A stretch of DNA of 34,289 nt from a virus, in the IMG/VR virus record IMGVR_UViG_3300029913_000009, positions 1-34,289 of that record. One strand, given 5' to 3'. The notes under the pieces are model-generated. The model was not told where the DNA came from. It saw only the letters and a list, made by a program, of their open reading frames with translations, and made no database searches. This document shows, piece by piece, positions 25,843 through 34,289 of the stretch; within the stretch, counting starts at the first letter, position 1; each line of letters begins with the position of its first letter. The translations under genes were made by a program, and so were the position numbers.

Positions 25843-26274
25843 CTACTTTTCTTCCTCTGTTTGGCCGTCCATTAACAATAGTGAGTCTTCCGACTCTTTG
25901 TCTTGTTCGGTCTTTGAACGCCATACAATGCCCATCTCTTTAAGTAAGTCTCTATCTTGCATTGTAATGGTATACAAACCTACACACCTACGACAATTGC
26001 ATTTGAAGTTAAGAGGATGTGTTTGAGTCCTAACATCTCGTACTCGGCGGGTTCGGCTGAACTTACGTATCATATCGTCTCCTCTTTCCGTAGGGATTTC
26101 AAATCGCTTGTTGAGGGGGAACATGCCCGATTCGACTAGCTGTTTGTGCTCAGTTTTCAGAACACTGAGACGAGCCATAGCCTCTTCTCGGCTTATCAGA
26201 TCAAGTGAGAAGTCTTCGTATAGCCGGGAGATTTTTCGTATGTATTCGGCGAACGGTTCCTCTTGAGGCTCCAT
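25843..26274 (-). CDS. Hypothetical protein, 143 aa.
   Basis: ATG verified at 26274. Confidence 0.5.
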   Translation of the reverse strand: MEPQEEPFAEYIRKISRLYEDFSLDLISREEAMARLSVLKTEHKQLVESGMFPLNKRFEIPTERGDDMIRKFSRTRRVRDVRTQTHPLNFKCNCRRCVGLYTITMQDRDLLKEMGIVWRSKTEQDKESEDSLLLMDGQTEEEK

Positions 26275-26307
26275 ACCTATAAATACCCCCTAACAAGGGA
26301 TGGGTAT

Positions 26308-27033
26308 CTAAGTTTCTGTGGCTCTGACGATGTTGACCAGTTTTACATTTTCATCAAGAATTAGATAAGATGCGACATCGCCAACCCAGCACCCAGCGTT
26401 CCAATACTCCACACCGTCACGATACTCGTGGTAGGGGCTGTGAGTATGGCCGCAAAACACATAGTCAGCTTTGAGTCCCTTGGCGACACTAATAGCTCCA
26501 TCCGCGACTTTGAAAGTCAGTCGTTGATATTTTGTGTGAAGTTTATCCAGAATTGTTGGTAGCCAGCGTTTCAGGAGGTTTCTTTTCTGAAGCCAGATAT
26601 GCAGCCCCGTTACAAAGTCGTTGAACCAAGGATTGCCATTAGCGAATAAGGCGTCGAACTGATGACCATGCATGGCGACACACGTATTGCCGTTCCAGCC
26701 CCACGTGTATTGTTGATATACAGGGACACCAAGGAGGTGCTCCATGACTTCAGTTACCCCGGCATCGTGGTTGCCTTCTACCCACACGACTTCAATCTCT
26801 CGCTTAGGGTTGGACAGTTCTCGAATAAGAGAGATGACTTGCCAGTGTTCACTGGTCAGGCGACTGAAGTTTAGGTCGGAGAAAATGTCTCCGAGGAGAA
26901 TGATACGCTTGACTTTTATTACACCAAGGTAAATCTGATTGAGCAGGTTTGTGAGTTCCCTAGCCATAGCTAGAGGTGAACCGAGATGGACATCGGAGAT
27001 TACAAGAGTGTCATAGACAGTCTCTAAGCGCAT
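26308..27033 (-). CDS. Calcineurin-like metallophosphoesterase (LpxH/YfcE-like motif pattern), 241 aa.
   Basis: 'LVISDVHLG', 'LLGDIFSD', 'VEGNHDAG', 'AMHGHQFD', 'CGHTHSP'. Confidence 0.8.
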   Translation of the reverse strand: MRLETVYDTLVISDVHLGSPLAMARELTNLLNQIYLGVIKVKRIILLGDIFSDLNFSRLTSEHWQVISLIRELSNPKREIEVVWVEGNHDAGVTEVMEHLLGVPVYQQYTWGWNGNTCVAMHGHQFDALFANGNPWFNDFVTGLHIWLQKRNLLKRWLPTILDKLHTKYQRLTFKVADGAISVAKGLKADYVFCGHTHSPYHEYRDGVEYWNAGCWVGDVASYLILDENVKLVNIVRATET

Positions 27034-29317
27034 AACTCTTTCTTCTCAAAAGAGACGACAAGTGGAATTTGTTGAATGTGTTCCAGAACCCTTCTCGCTT
27101 GGTTCGCATGTCCTCTACCTCATTAAGGAACTTAACCCCCTCAGGCCATTCAGTATTAAAATACTTCAACGCCTTGAGATATTGATATAAAATCTCAACT
27201 GCGTGATATAGGTTATACTCCACGTTGGAAGAGCGGGGATCGACAGCTTCATCACTCGCCATAGCTTCTTGTATCTCTTTAACGATGATAGCCTCATAGT
27301 TGGGATCACGAGTAGCCAACCGTTTTTCACCTTCCGGCCATGTTGGCGGTGTAGCTATGCGAACTTGTTTGTGGTATTTATCTCCTGTATCTTCATCGGT
27401 CACTTCTTCCCCGTCCTCAGTTATTTCGCTAAGGAGAGATATATAACCGTCAACCCATTGTTGGTTTTTTGTCCACTCGTCTGGATGCTTGGAGTACCTA
27501 TCAAGGAGTAGCTTTTCAAATTCAGGCCAACGGCCACGGACCACACTCGTAACGTAGTCCCTTATTGTTTCAGGGAGTTTACGGGCATTATTCCAATAAT
27601 CCTTTTTACTTTGAGGTACAAAACCACTACTACTACCACTTGAGTAGCTTTCACTGAAATCGTAATCCTCAGCGAACTTCAACAGCTTCTGTTCCAATTC
27701 AGGCCAACGTGCCTTCATGATATGGGAAGCATAGTTAATAGCTGGCATGACATCGGTGGTCTGTAAAAGACGTTCCTCAATCTCCGGGTCACGTCCCTTG
27801 ATGACACTGCGTGCATAGTCATACAACTGCTCCGGTTTGGCATTCCTTAATGTGTCAGGTTCCATCTCCAAATCGCGACTTCCACCAAGGAATTTGCGAG
27901 AGTAATTCAACAGATGAGTCGTATCTCCAATCTGGCGCAATACTACTTCAAGGGGTTTCCAGCGACCCTTGATGAATTTATCAGCATACTCGATAGCTTG
28001 CTCAGGATCACCTAGTGTCATTCGGTACTCCATCTTATCCATGCCACTGAATGTAAGCTGAGCACCGGGGAGGTCAGCCCACCTCTGATTCAAGATGGTT
28101 TCCGCATATAGTTTGATGGCTTTAGCAGGGATGGGGTTAAGCTTGGCTTTGCCCAGCTTCTTTTCAAACTCAGGCCAACGTCCCTTGATGATGCCTCGGG
28201 CATATTCAAGACAGAGGTACATAGAGTTGGTCGAGGTTGTTGCATACGTCAGAATCTTCTTCTCAGCGTCCGGCCAACGTTCTCCTTTGAGAAATTTGCG
28301 ACAATAGGACAACAGGTCGAGAGAAGGTCGTCCTTCGAGAAGAAGCTTTTCCAACCGTTCATTTGATTTTCCGGGCATGAACTTCATGCAATAACGGAAG
28401 TACACTTTGGCAGAAGGGGGCTCAGATGTATTGTATCCATAGTAACTCTTCCTGAACATTTCATCAAGCTCGGCCTGAGGCAAAGGTTGGTTATCATAGA
28501 CGGCCTTACGTAACTGGTTGTCAACTTCATCGCCATGCTTAGCGAAAGCCTTTTCAACTTTTTCCTTAGGATCATTTGCCCCAGTGAGGTACTTATACAC
28601 CCCCGGCTCACCCATCTTGGCAAGCTGGCTGATTACTTTCAGGCAGATAGGGTCAGATATAAACCGGGCGACAGTCTTCTTTGTCTTACGATAATTACCG
28701 CTTGTGGAAACAATGCCGTCTGGAATTTCAGTGTCGGTACGGTCTTTCAGTTGATTGGTAGCAGGGTGGAACTGAGCGTAGGCAGAACCTTCATCGAAGA
28801 TAACGTAGGTTGGCCCTGAACTGAGATACGTATTGCCCATGTTTTCATGAGCGGTACACCAGTTGGTACCAGCCGATAGCTCAGCTAGAGCCGGAGCCTT
28901 CGTCACTTTGTAGACGAGGATGTCCCCATCCCGGATGATGACGCTGGCACCTTCACGAATCTTTTCCCGGTTCTGTTCTTTTTTGGAGAAGTTGCCTTGG
29001 TTATCTTCGATGACAGTGAACAGGGTGCCCGGTGTGTATGAGTTAATGTCTTTGTTCCCAGTGAAGCCGGGGGCTTTCTTAAGCCGGTTGAAAGTAATAA
29101 GTTGTTCCTTAATCCGCTCCCCATCTTCAGGGAGACGGATGTGTCCCTTGGCAAGCATACGTGCTATCCAAGTGATAAAATCTGTCTGGTTGGGAGAAGG
29201 GTCAACCTGAATACACATCTCCACTTGCTCTGGAGTGAGCTTCATCTGACTGCACAGAAAATCAATTTTCTGCTGTGTCGGTCGAGCGACCAATAGGAAA
29301 TGGGATAAGAAACGCAT
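27011..29317 (-). CDS. 769-aa protein with about 7 tandem ~40-aa repeats centred on '[KR]GRWPE[FL]E'. N-terminal globular region 'NWCTAHENMGNTYLSSGPTYVIFDEGSAYAQFHP'. Function unknown.
   Basis: Peptide repeats IIKGRWPEFEKKL, FIKGRWKPLEVVL, VIKGRDPEIEERL, IMKARWPELEQKL, VVRGRWPEFEKLL, LKGERWPDAEKKI, TPPTWPEGEKRL. Mirrored at the DNA level by recurring 'ttcaggccaacg' (27521, 27702, 28168, 28270). ATG at 29317 (TTG at 29323 listed). Confidence 0.7.
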   Translation of the reverse strand: MRFLSHFLLVARPTQQKIDFLCSQMKLTPEQVEMCIQVDPSPNQTDFITWIARMLAKGHIRLPEDGERIKEQLITFNRLKKAPGFTGNKDINSYTPGTLFTVIEDNQGNFSKKEQNREKIREGASVIIRDGDILVYKVTKAPALAELSAGTNWCTAHENMGNTYLSSGPTYVIFDEGSAYAQFHPATNQLKDRTDTEIPDGIVSTSGNYRKTKKTVARFISDPICLKVISQLAKMGEPGVYKYLTGANDPKEKVEKAFAKHGDEVDNQLRKAVYDNQPLPQAELDEMFRKSYYGYNTSEPPSAKVYFRYCMKFMPGKSNERLEKLLLEGRPSLDLLSYCRKFLKGERWPDAEKKILTYATTSTNSMYLCLEYARGIIKGRWPEFEKKLGKAKLNPIPAKAIKLYAETILNQRWADLPGAQLTFSGMDKMEYRMTLGDPEQAIEYADKFIKGRWKPLEVVLRQIGDTTHLLNYSRKFLGGSRDLEMEPDTLRNAKPEQLYDYARSVIKGRDPEIEERLLQTTDVMPAINYASHIMKARWPELEQKLLKFAEDYDFSESYSSGSSSGFVPQSKKDYWNNARKLPETIRDYVTSVVRGRWPEFEKLLLDRYSKHPDEWTKNQQWVDGYISLLSEITEDGEEVTDEDTGDKYHKQVRIATPPTWPEGEKRLATRDPNYEAIIVKEIQEAMASDEAVDPRSSNVEYNLYHAVEILYQYLKALKYFNTEWPEGVKFLNEVEDMRTKREGFWNTFNKFHLSSLLRRKSYALRDCL

Positions 29318-29340
29318 TAGCAAGCCTCACTAATGCGTTC
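29311..29340. promoter_or_regulatory. Perfect 10-bp inverted repeat AACGCATTAG-(10 nt)-CTAATGCGTT between the 473-aa and 769-aa genes. The left arm contains the ATG of the 769-aa gene.
   Basis: Read directly. A stem-loop on the mRNA that would terminate or attenuate after the upstream gene and/or sequester the downstream start codon. Confidence 0.5.
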
Positions 29341-29344
29341 CATA

Positions 29345-30766
29345 TCAGCCTTTCACAGATTTACGACCACGCTGCTTCGTGAAGGCACCGGCCAACTGCT
29401 TGAGACGAATCCGGGCACGGTTGTATTCCTGTGGAGTCAGCCCGATTTCATGCCCCTTATGCTCCTCGTGCTCCATCTCCACCGTAGTTGCCAGCCGTTG
29501 GCACGTCCGACAAAACTCTTTGATGGTCTCGGCGCTGGTGCCAGCCTCGTACACAGCTACAAGGACGGGGAATACATCAGGGTCGTGTTCCTCAACGTAC
29601 TTGATAAAGGCATGGGCAAAGAATTGATCTTCCAGTTTTTTCTCCTCGCGGTTCGTCGCAGCCATGAGGTACTCCGACTTAGAGTACACATACTCATCCG
29701 TAACTTCCCCGTGAACTTCGGGATTTGTCTCTGAGGCTAAGGACAAGTTACCAGCACGACAGACTGGGTTCTTTGTCCGTTTGCCGTGAATGGTGTTGTA
29801 CTTGTTGGTGAGGCAGTAGTTGATGTAGTAACGCCACCGACGCTCTGACGCCCCATACTGGGAGAAAGGATCAAAGGTTTGGAACACATCTGTTTTGCCG
29901 TTCTTACGGTGCTTGGATGTGGGTGGCAGGTACTTCATGTGGATCATCAAATCCTGACACCAGTCTTCAATGTCCTCCTCGATGCCATACCCATTCAAGC
30001 GACGGCGAACCCAAGTTTCGATGTACTTAGGCTGACGTTCGATGAACTCCTCAAAATCCTTGGGTACAACAAACCCGTCGTGACCGATGAAGTGCCCATC
30101 CTCACTAATGTAGAAAGGATCACCTTTGTAGCCCTCTTTAACTGCAAGAACTGCACCAACCGGAATTGTTAAGGTGGGTGTAATCGCAGCAGTTACTGTT
30201 ACTGGGTCACAAGGTTGCGTTTGCCTGTCTGCCTCCGTAGGTGCATCTTCGGCCTCACGTGGCGTAGCCGGAACATAGGTTGTGCCATTCTTGACAGCCC
30301 AACGCTTGCGTTGTGACTCGGAGATTTTGGCCCTAGCTTCAGGAGTTAGCTTGCGGTCTCTTGTTGCCCATTTTGCTTTTTGTGACTCGGAGATACGCTT
30401 GCGTGCTTCATCGCTAAGTTGTCTCTTCCGAGGAGATAGTGAGGGCGATACTGGTGCTTCAGTTTCAATTTCGCTTTTGGTTACAGCGAGTTCGACTGCA
30501 ACGAAGATCGGGCTGGAGGTTACAGCGACTGGTTCGGCGACGGCAGGTTCAACCATAGTCACAACTGTAGTACCGAGACGAGCAAGGTGCTCGTTAACAG
30601 CGACTGCAACTGTGTCTTTGATCGTGTTGGTAAAGTGAGTAACCATGGTCTGAATGACCACCCCAATACCTTCATTTTTAATGAATTGAAGGATTTCATC
30701 ATGACTGATAGAGGGGGGTTTAACCACGGTTTCGGGGGCACCTACAAATGGTGTAGTCTGAAGCAT
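29345..30766 (-). CDS. 473-aa protein (ATG 30766, SD GGAGG) with two NUMOD3-like DNA-binding repeats ('LSDEARKRISESQKAKWA', 'LTPEARAKISESQRKRWA'). The rest is unknown.
   Basis: Repeats also visible as DNA repeats 'ttgtgactcggagat' at ~30306 and ~30381. The GTG at 30793 listed by the ORF track lacks an SD. Confidence 0.6.
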   Translation of the reverse strand: MLQTTPFVGAPETVVKPPSISHDEILQFIKNEGIGVVIQTMVTHFTNTIKDTVAVAVNEHLARLGTTVVTMVEPAVAEPVAVTSSPIFVAVELAVTKSEIETEAPVSPSLSPRKRQLSDEARKRISESQKAKWATRDRKLTPEARAKISESQRKRWAVKNGTTYVPATPREAEDAPTEADRQTQPCDPVTVTAAITPTLTIPVGAVLAVKEGYKGDPFYISEDGHFIGHDGFVVPKDFEEFIERQPKYIETWVRRRLNGYGIEEDIEDWCQDLMIHMKYLPPTSKHRKNGKTDVFQTFDPFSQYGASERRWRYYINYCLTNKYNTIHGKRTKNPVCRAGNLSLASETNPEVHGEVTDEYVYSKSEYLMAATNREEKKLEDQFFAHAFIKYVEEHDPDVFPVLVAVYEAGTSAETIKEFCRTCQRLATTVEMEHEEHKGHEIGLTPQEYNRARIRLKQLAGAFTKQRGRKSVKG

Positions 30767-31001
30767 TACGCCTCCACGGCAAACAAGTCCCACCTATAGT
30801 AGTGGGGATAAGATGTTAATACTCGGATTCCACCCGATGCGGAGCACTAAATAATTTCTCCGCTAAAGTGTGTAAACCTCAGTAGCCAAAGGAGGTTACT
30901 GGGGTAGGGTTTACTTGGTATTCAAACGTTAAGCTATGACGAGGAGGAAGTCAAACAGAGGTAGAAGTGAAAAAATTTGGTAGGATTTGCCGTCGTTTCA
31001 A

Positions 31002-31199
31002 CTACACTTCATCATCACCGTTGATGTTTATTCGTATGTCGGACAGCCGCTTCCTGAGCCGCTTGCGGATGACATCTGGTGGGTGAATAGCTACCTGCTC
31101 TTCAAATTGAGCAAGCGTGTTTTCAAGCGATTTTCTACTGCTGAGAATCGCCAAGAAGTTGGGAAACGCTGCGGTTCCAGAGAACTTGTCTACTGCCAT
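31002..31199 (-). CDS. Small hypothetical protein, 65 aa.
   Basis: ATG verified at 31199. Confidence 0.4.
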   Translation of the reverse strand: MAVDKFSGTAAFPNFLAILSSRKSLENTLAQFEEQVAIHPPDVIRKRLRKRLSDIRININGDDEV

Positions 31200-31212
31200 A
31201 AAAACGTCGTCC

Positions 31213-31605
31213 TTATTCTCGTACTGCGTCGATAAGCTGCTCCACTACCCGTTGAAACCCGTTCATGATGGTCAGTTGATTGGCCGATAGGACTCGTTGT
31301 TCAGTTGCCATGTCCCGTAGTAACTGGAACTGCTCATGCTGAACCCCGGCTTGAACCTTAACTCCTTCTGCCAACTGATGAACGGATTCCGCGAGTTTGT
31401 CTTGAGCTTTAGACTGTGCTTCAATAAGCTTCTTAAGCTCGTCATTACTCTCGGTGATAGCTTTGGTGTTAGCTTCGACCGTCGATTTGAAAGTTGCAAG
31501 TTGTACCTGCGACCAAATGAACAACCCCACACAAATGAAGGCTGAACCTGTAGCGGCCCCGTATTGCCAGATGGGGAGCAAAGGATTAGCTTGGAGGATA
31601 AACAT
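31213..31605 (-). CDS. Membrane-anchored coiled-coil protein (N-terminal TM 'SAFICVGLFIWSQVQLA' then a long helical region). i-spanin-like or holin-like candidate next to the terminase.
   Basis: ATG at 31605 verified; the upstream TTG at 31671 overlaps the terminase stop. Topology inferred from hydrophobicity only. Confidence 0.45.
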   Translation of the reverse strand: MFILQANPLLPIWQYGAATGSAFICVGLFIWSQVQLATFKSTVEANTKAITESNDELKKLIEAQSKAQDKLAESVHQLAEGVKVQAGVQHEQFQLLRDMATEQRVLSANQLTIMNGFQRVVEQLIDAVRE

Positions 31606-31667
31606 GTGCGTTGAGTCCTTTCGGTGAGTTACTTCCCTACTAAAAAGAACCCGTAGTGGTAATTCTC

Positions 31668-34289
31668 TCAACGGCCTCTGCGATGAAATGGATTACGTAC
31701 TATCTCAGTGCCAAAACTTGCCATGTTTGATTGGATTTTCTTGATGCGTTCGAACACTTGTAAGTCACGCATCATAATCCCATCTAAACTTGCGATAATT
31801 CCCGCTGGTTGGTTTAACTGCTCTGACATGAGGATGCTCTGTCCAGTTGGGTCTATCTTCAACCCACCTTCTTCCACGAGCCACTTCTGTGCCACATAAG
31901 CACAAAGTTGAGCAGCGTCTACCATATCGTCGTGTGATCCTTTTTCCATTGGTGCTTGCACACGTATCTGATACTTGTTGATGTATTCAGCTTCTACAAG
32001 ACGTAACTCTTGGAGGAACTTCGGAACGTAGGGGAATCTGCAACGTGAGTCGCGGATGTAACCCTGAAGCACATACGCCATCTGTGAGTTGATGGTTGTA
32101 GTGAGGTTCACAAGTTCTATATTGTGAATCTTGTTCAGGTCAAGTAGCTGTACAAGTTGTTGACCGCCATGTTGGTCGGTCGCTCCGCGATAGCAAGGCA
32201 TCAAAGAGTTTAACGCCTTGAGCCATGACAAGATGTCTTCGAGAGGCAGAGTTTTGAATCCAACATACTTGTCGATACCGGGGATGGACTGCACTCCAAT
32301 ACTGTCAAACTTCTCTCCTACCATCATGCGGTCGATGTAGTCATAGACGAGATGGATGGGCTGGGCTCCACCCTTGTATTCCAAGTGGCCGATAGCGACT
32401 GCCGTAGCGTCGTTCATCATACCCAAGTCGATTGCCCAAAAGAATTGGCGACCGATTGCATTCGGGTGGAACTTGATGATGTTGAAACGAGCCGTGCTTA
32501 GGTCTGGTTCTTCCAGACCACTGATCGTTTTTTCATATCTCACGTCTGTGCAAGCACGAATCTGAGCCTCGGTAACGTACGATTCAGATGACTCTAGGAA
32601 CTGACCACCATACTCAGCCTTGAACGTGAGTGCGTTTGTCTCATATTCTTGACGAAGTGTAATGGGGAGAATAGTGGGATTCATCTCGGCGGTGGATGCG
32701 CGAAGGGTAAAGATGCCAGACTTTGGACCTCTCTCTAAAGCTTGCTTGTGAAGGTCGTACATCTTACCGACCTTTGTCCACGGGCTGGAGATGGAAAGCA
32801 CGAGGGAGTCTTGGAACATCCGGTATTGGTCATACGGGATTTCCTTTGCGGCCTTTTCACTTACCCATCCCCCACCATTGATTAGCTCGGCGTGCTTGAA
32901 GTTGATTGTGGAAGGCTTAGCAGCCGCGTAGACCTCATCTGATGCTGAGCCCTTGGCCGACCGGAAGTGGGCAAACTCATCCAGTGCAAGAAAGATGTTG
33001 GACGGACCACGGGAAGCGTTGGTGGTACAGGGGAACGATCTAACATTGATGGTCGGAGTCGTGTCACGCTTCATGCGGTCTTGATCTGAGACGAAGCCTA
33101 GTGATGCACTGGAGGATGTCTTCAGATAGGGGTTGAAGAACGGAGCCCGGTTAATGTCTTCGCGGAGCTTCTCATAAAGACGGCTGGCACCTGAGTCATC
33201 CTGAGCCATAAAGGTGAAGTCTACCGGGGAACCGGGGACAAGACTGAAGTAGTCCTGTGGGGAACGTATGCTGAGGAGCTTGTAGAGGGTGTAGGCACCG
33301 ATGGCAGACACTACCTGAGAATTATGAGTGACATTGAAGTTACTTCCGAAGAGGTAAAGACCAGATGGATTGGTGGTGGTTATGCACCGCATCTGCATTT
33401 TACCCGCAGGTTCAATGCTGGTGATGTACCTCCAATTCTGAGTGGTTTTTACTTTACTTAAGAGCCTATCAAGCTTTCTTTTAAGGCGAAACACTGGAAG
33501 GCGACCCGTCCACTTAACTAGATAAGCACGCTTACATACTTTTTTTCCTTCGGGGGAGTTTGTACACACAGGTAATTTTTCAGACCAATAGGGTTTTAAC
33601 CCAAGGGAAGCCGCAAGGAGATATACCCCCCTAGATAAGCCTTCGTTAGTATTTGAAAACTCACATTGCCCATCCAACATACAGGAGCCGTCTGTGTCCA
33701 TTAAACCCTGAAGTAAAGCCAGTCGCTGCGCTACCGATGCCCATAGGTATTTATCAGGAATATGCTTAACCTTCAAAACGCCAATGTTTCTTAAATCAGA
33801 GAGAAGCCCTCTAACCCCCCACGATTTGGGATTTTTACCTTGTCGCACATTGTACCCAGCGTGAGTAAATTCGGCGAGTATTTCGGGGTCAAGTCCAGTA
33901 ATACTTGCTGCACCTGTTGATCCATCTCCAAGCCACGCACCGAGACAGTATGGGTCTAAAGGTAACTCCTGTTCAGGTAGGGAAATCGGGTGAGTTAAGA
34001 GGATTGAGTGGTTAGCTTGCGGCTCCTTTTGGGGGTTACTAACCACCTTCAATGTTTGAAGAATCTCTTCAGTTGTTCTAACTCCCCCATTCACGGTCGG
34101 ACGTAAAAAGTGTCCTCGTCTGAACTTCCTACCGGGGTTAAATAGTCGATGATTAGGGTTTGTTGGTTCTAATTCACGACCACAGCCACAAGCACAACCC
34201 CCCTCAGTTGAAAGTTCCAATGTGTTTCTTTTACGGCGGTTGAGATTCTTACGTTCATCTTTAGTATATGTATGCCAGAGGTGCCCAGC
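31668..34289 (-). CDS. terL: Terminase large subunit (partial, 5' end outside window) interrupted by a LAGLIDADG intein.
   Basis: C-extein: Walker B 'NIFLALDEFAHF' and nuclease motif 'FFWAIDLGMMNDATAVAIGH'. The reading frame is open upstream of the listed TTG to the window edge. Confidence 0.85.
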   Translation of the reverse strand, partial: AGHLWHTYTKDERKNLNRRKRNTLELSTEGGCACGCGRELEPTNPNHRLFNPGRKFRRGHFLRPTVNGGVRTTEEILQTLKVVSNPQKEPQANHSILLTHPISLPEQELPLDPYCLGAWLGDGSTGAASITGLDPEILAEFTHAGYNVRQGKNPKSWGVRGLLSDLRNIGVLKVKHIPDKYLWASVAQRLALLQGLMDTDGSCMLDGQCEFSNTNEGLSRGVYLLAASLGLKPYWSEKLPVCTNSPEGKKVCKRAYLVKWTGRLPVFRLKRKLDRLLSKVKTTQNWRYITSIEPAGKMQMRCITTTNPSGLYLFGSNFNVTHNSQVVSAIGAYTLYKLLSIRSPQDYFSLVPGSPVDFTFMAQDDSGASRLYEKLREDINRAPFFNPYLKTSSSASLGFVSDQDRMKRDTTPTINVRSFPCTTNASRGPSNIFLALDEFAHFRSAKGSASDEVYAAAKPSTINFKHAELINGGGWVSEKAAKEIPYDQYRMFQDSLVLSISSPWTKVGKMYDLHKQALERGPKSGIFTLRASTAEMNPTILPITLRQEYETNALTFKAEYGGQFLESSESYVTEAQIRACTDVRYEKTISGLEEPDLSTARFNIIKFHPNAIGRQFFWAIDLGMMNDATAVAIGHLEYKGGAQPIHLVYDYIDRMMVGEKFDSIGVQSIPGIDKYVGFKTLPLEDILSWLKALNSLMPCYRGATDQHGGQQLVQLLDLNKIHNIELVNLTTTINSQMAYVLQGYIRDSRCRFPYVPKFLQELRLVEAEYINKYQIRVQAPMEKGSHDDMVDAAQLCAYVAQKWLVEEGGLKIDPTGQSILMSEQLNQPAGIIASLDGIMMRDLQVFERIKKIQSNMASFGTEIVRNPFHRRGR
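33321..34196 (-). mobile_element. Intein with LAGLIDADG homing-endonuclease domain inside terL. C-terminal junction '...LYLFGSNFNVTHN|S' at ~33321. The N-terminal junction is uncertain: a Cys near 34196, or upstream of the window.
   Basis: Two LAGLIDADG motifs 'YCLGAWLGDGS' and 'LLQGLMDTDGSC'. Block B-like 'QANHSILLT'. Terminal 'THN' plus Ser+1. Confidence 0.65.

Noticed and set aside
27500-28300. Recurring 'ttcaggccaacg' and similar strings, considered as a CRISPR-like or regulatory direct-repeat array.
   Set aside because: They are in-frame coding repeats of the 769-aa protein (reverse complement encodes R-W-P-E-F/L). Irregular spacing, no spacer/repeat architecture.
30794-31001. 208-nt intergenic gap scanned for a tRNA; a T-loop-like 'GGTGGAATCC' is present.
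   Set aside because: No TTC at positions 54-56. No convincing acceptor, D or anticodon stems could be drawn by hand. Needs tRNAscan to exclude fully.
31272-31532. Embedded +1-frame ORF inside the membrane protein gene, as a candidate o-spanin (Rz1-like).
   Set aside because: No signal peptide or lipobox Cys, and a basic low-complexity product.

Overview
The window reads as a contiguous piece of a tailed dsDNA phage genome (about 48% GC). Almost every gene is on the minus strand; the exception is a two-gene plus-strand islet at 13059..15148. Genes are tightly packed, with many ATGA/TAATG stop-start overlaps.

Right end, 31.7 to 34.3 kb: a terminase large subunit (Walker B 'IFLALDEFAHF', RNaseH-like nuclease 'AIDLGMMNDATAVAIGH') interrupted by a LAGLIDADG intein. 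The gene runs off the window edge.

Middle, 12 to 31 kb: an early/accessory-type region of small hypothetical ORFs. Recognisable genes here are an SNF2-family helicase flanked by two Endonuclease-VII-type (DHDH..TG..RG.LC..CN) genes, a NADAR (YbiA-like) protein, a DUF4326 protein, a PD-(D/E)xK mini-nuclease, two metallophosphoesterases, a RimI-like GNAT, a GT-B glycosyltransferase, a histone-H1-like Lys/Ala/Pro-tailed protein, an inorganic-pyrophosphatase homolog, a free-standing SprT-like zincin, and a 770-aa protein with roughly seven tandem '[KR]GRWPE[FL]E' repeats. A 473-aa protein carries NUMOD3-like repeats.

Left 12 kb: one continuous block of giant polyvalent proteins. The 1982-aa protein at 6038..11986 is a textbook phage polyvalent protein: SprT-zincin, GNAT, ART-like module, GNAT, GNAT-like, an in-frame 21-nt tandem repeat, ParB-N, HExxH zincin, C4 zinc ribbon, ART, and a truncated ART. 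The three ORFs downstream of it (4702..6195, 3351..4709, and a stop-less partial ORF 1..3305 that the ORF track did not list) carry further copies of the same 'VYHGT..FDxF / GFWFA / acidic-strand' ART-like module. That makes at least 8 copies in total. The 452-aa protein has the most DarT-like N-terminus ('FLYHVTYLANLDKIATSGLL').

The last ART module of the polyvalent gene is split across its TGA stop by a +1 frame change at a C5/G5 homopolymer (6071..6075). The polyvalent gene and ORF 4702..6195 are therefore most likely one ~2.4k-aa gene. The split is a sequencing error, a pseudogenisation event or a programmed frameshift.

The combination of many DarT/PARP-like H-Y-E ART modules with a phage-encoded NADAR (the fold that removes ADP-ribose from guanine in DNA), a DUF4326 protein, metallophosphoesterases and SprT zincins suggests a phage-borne DNA/protein ADP-ribosylation and de-ADP-ribosylation warfare system.

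No rRNA, tRNA or CRISPR array was found.
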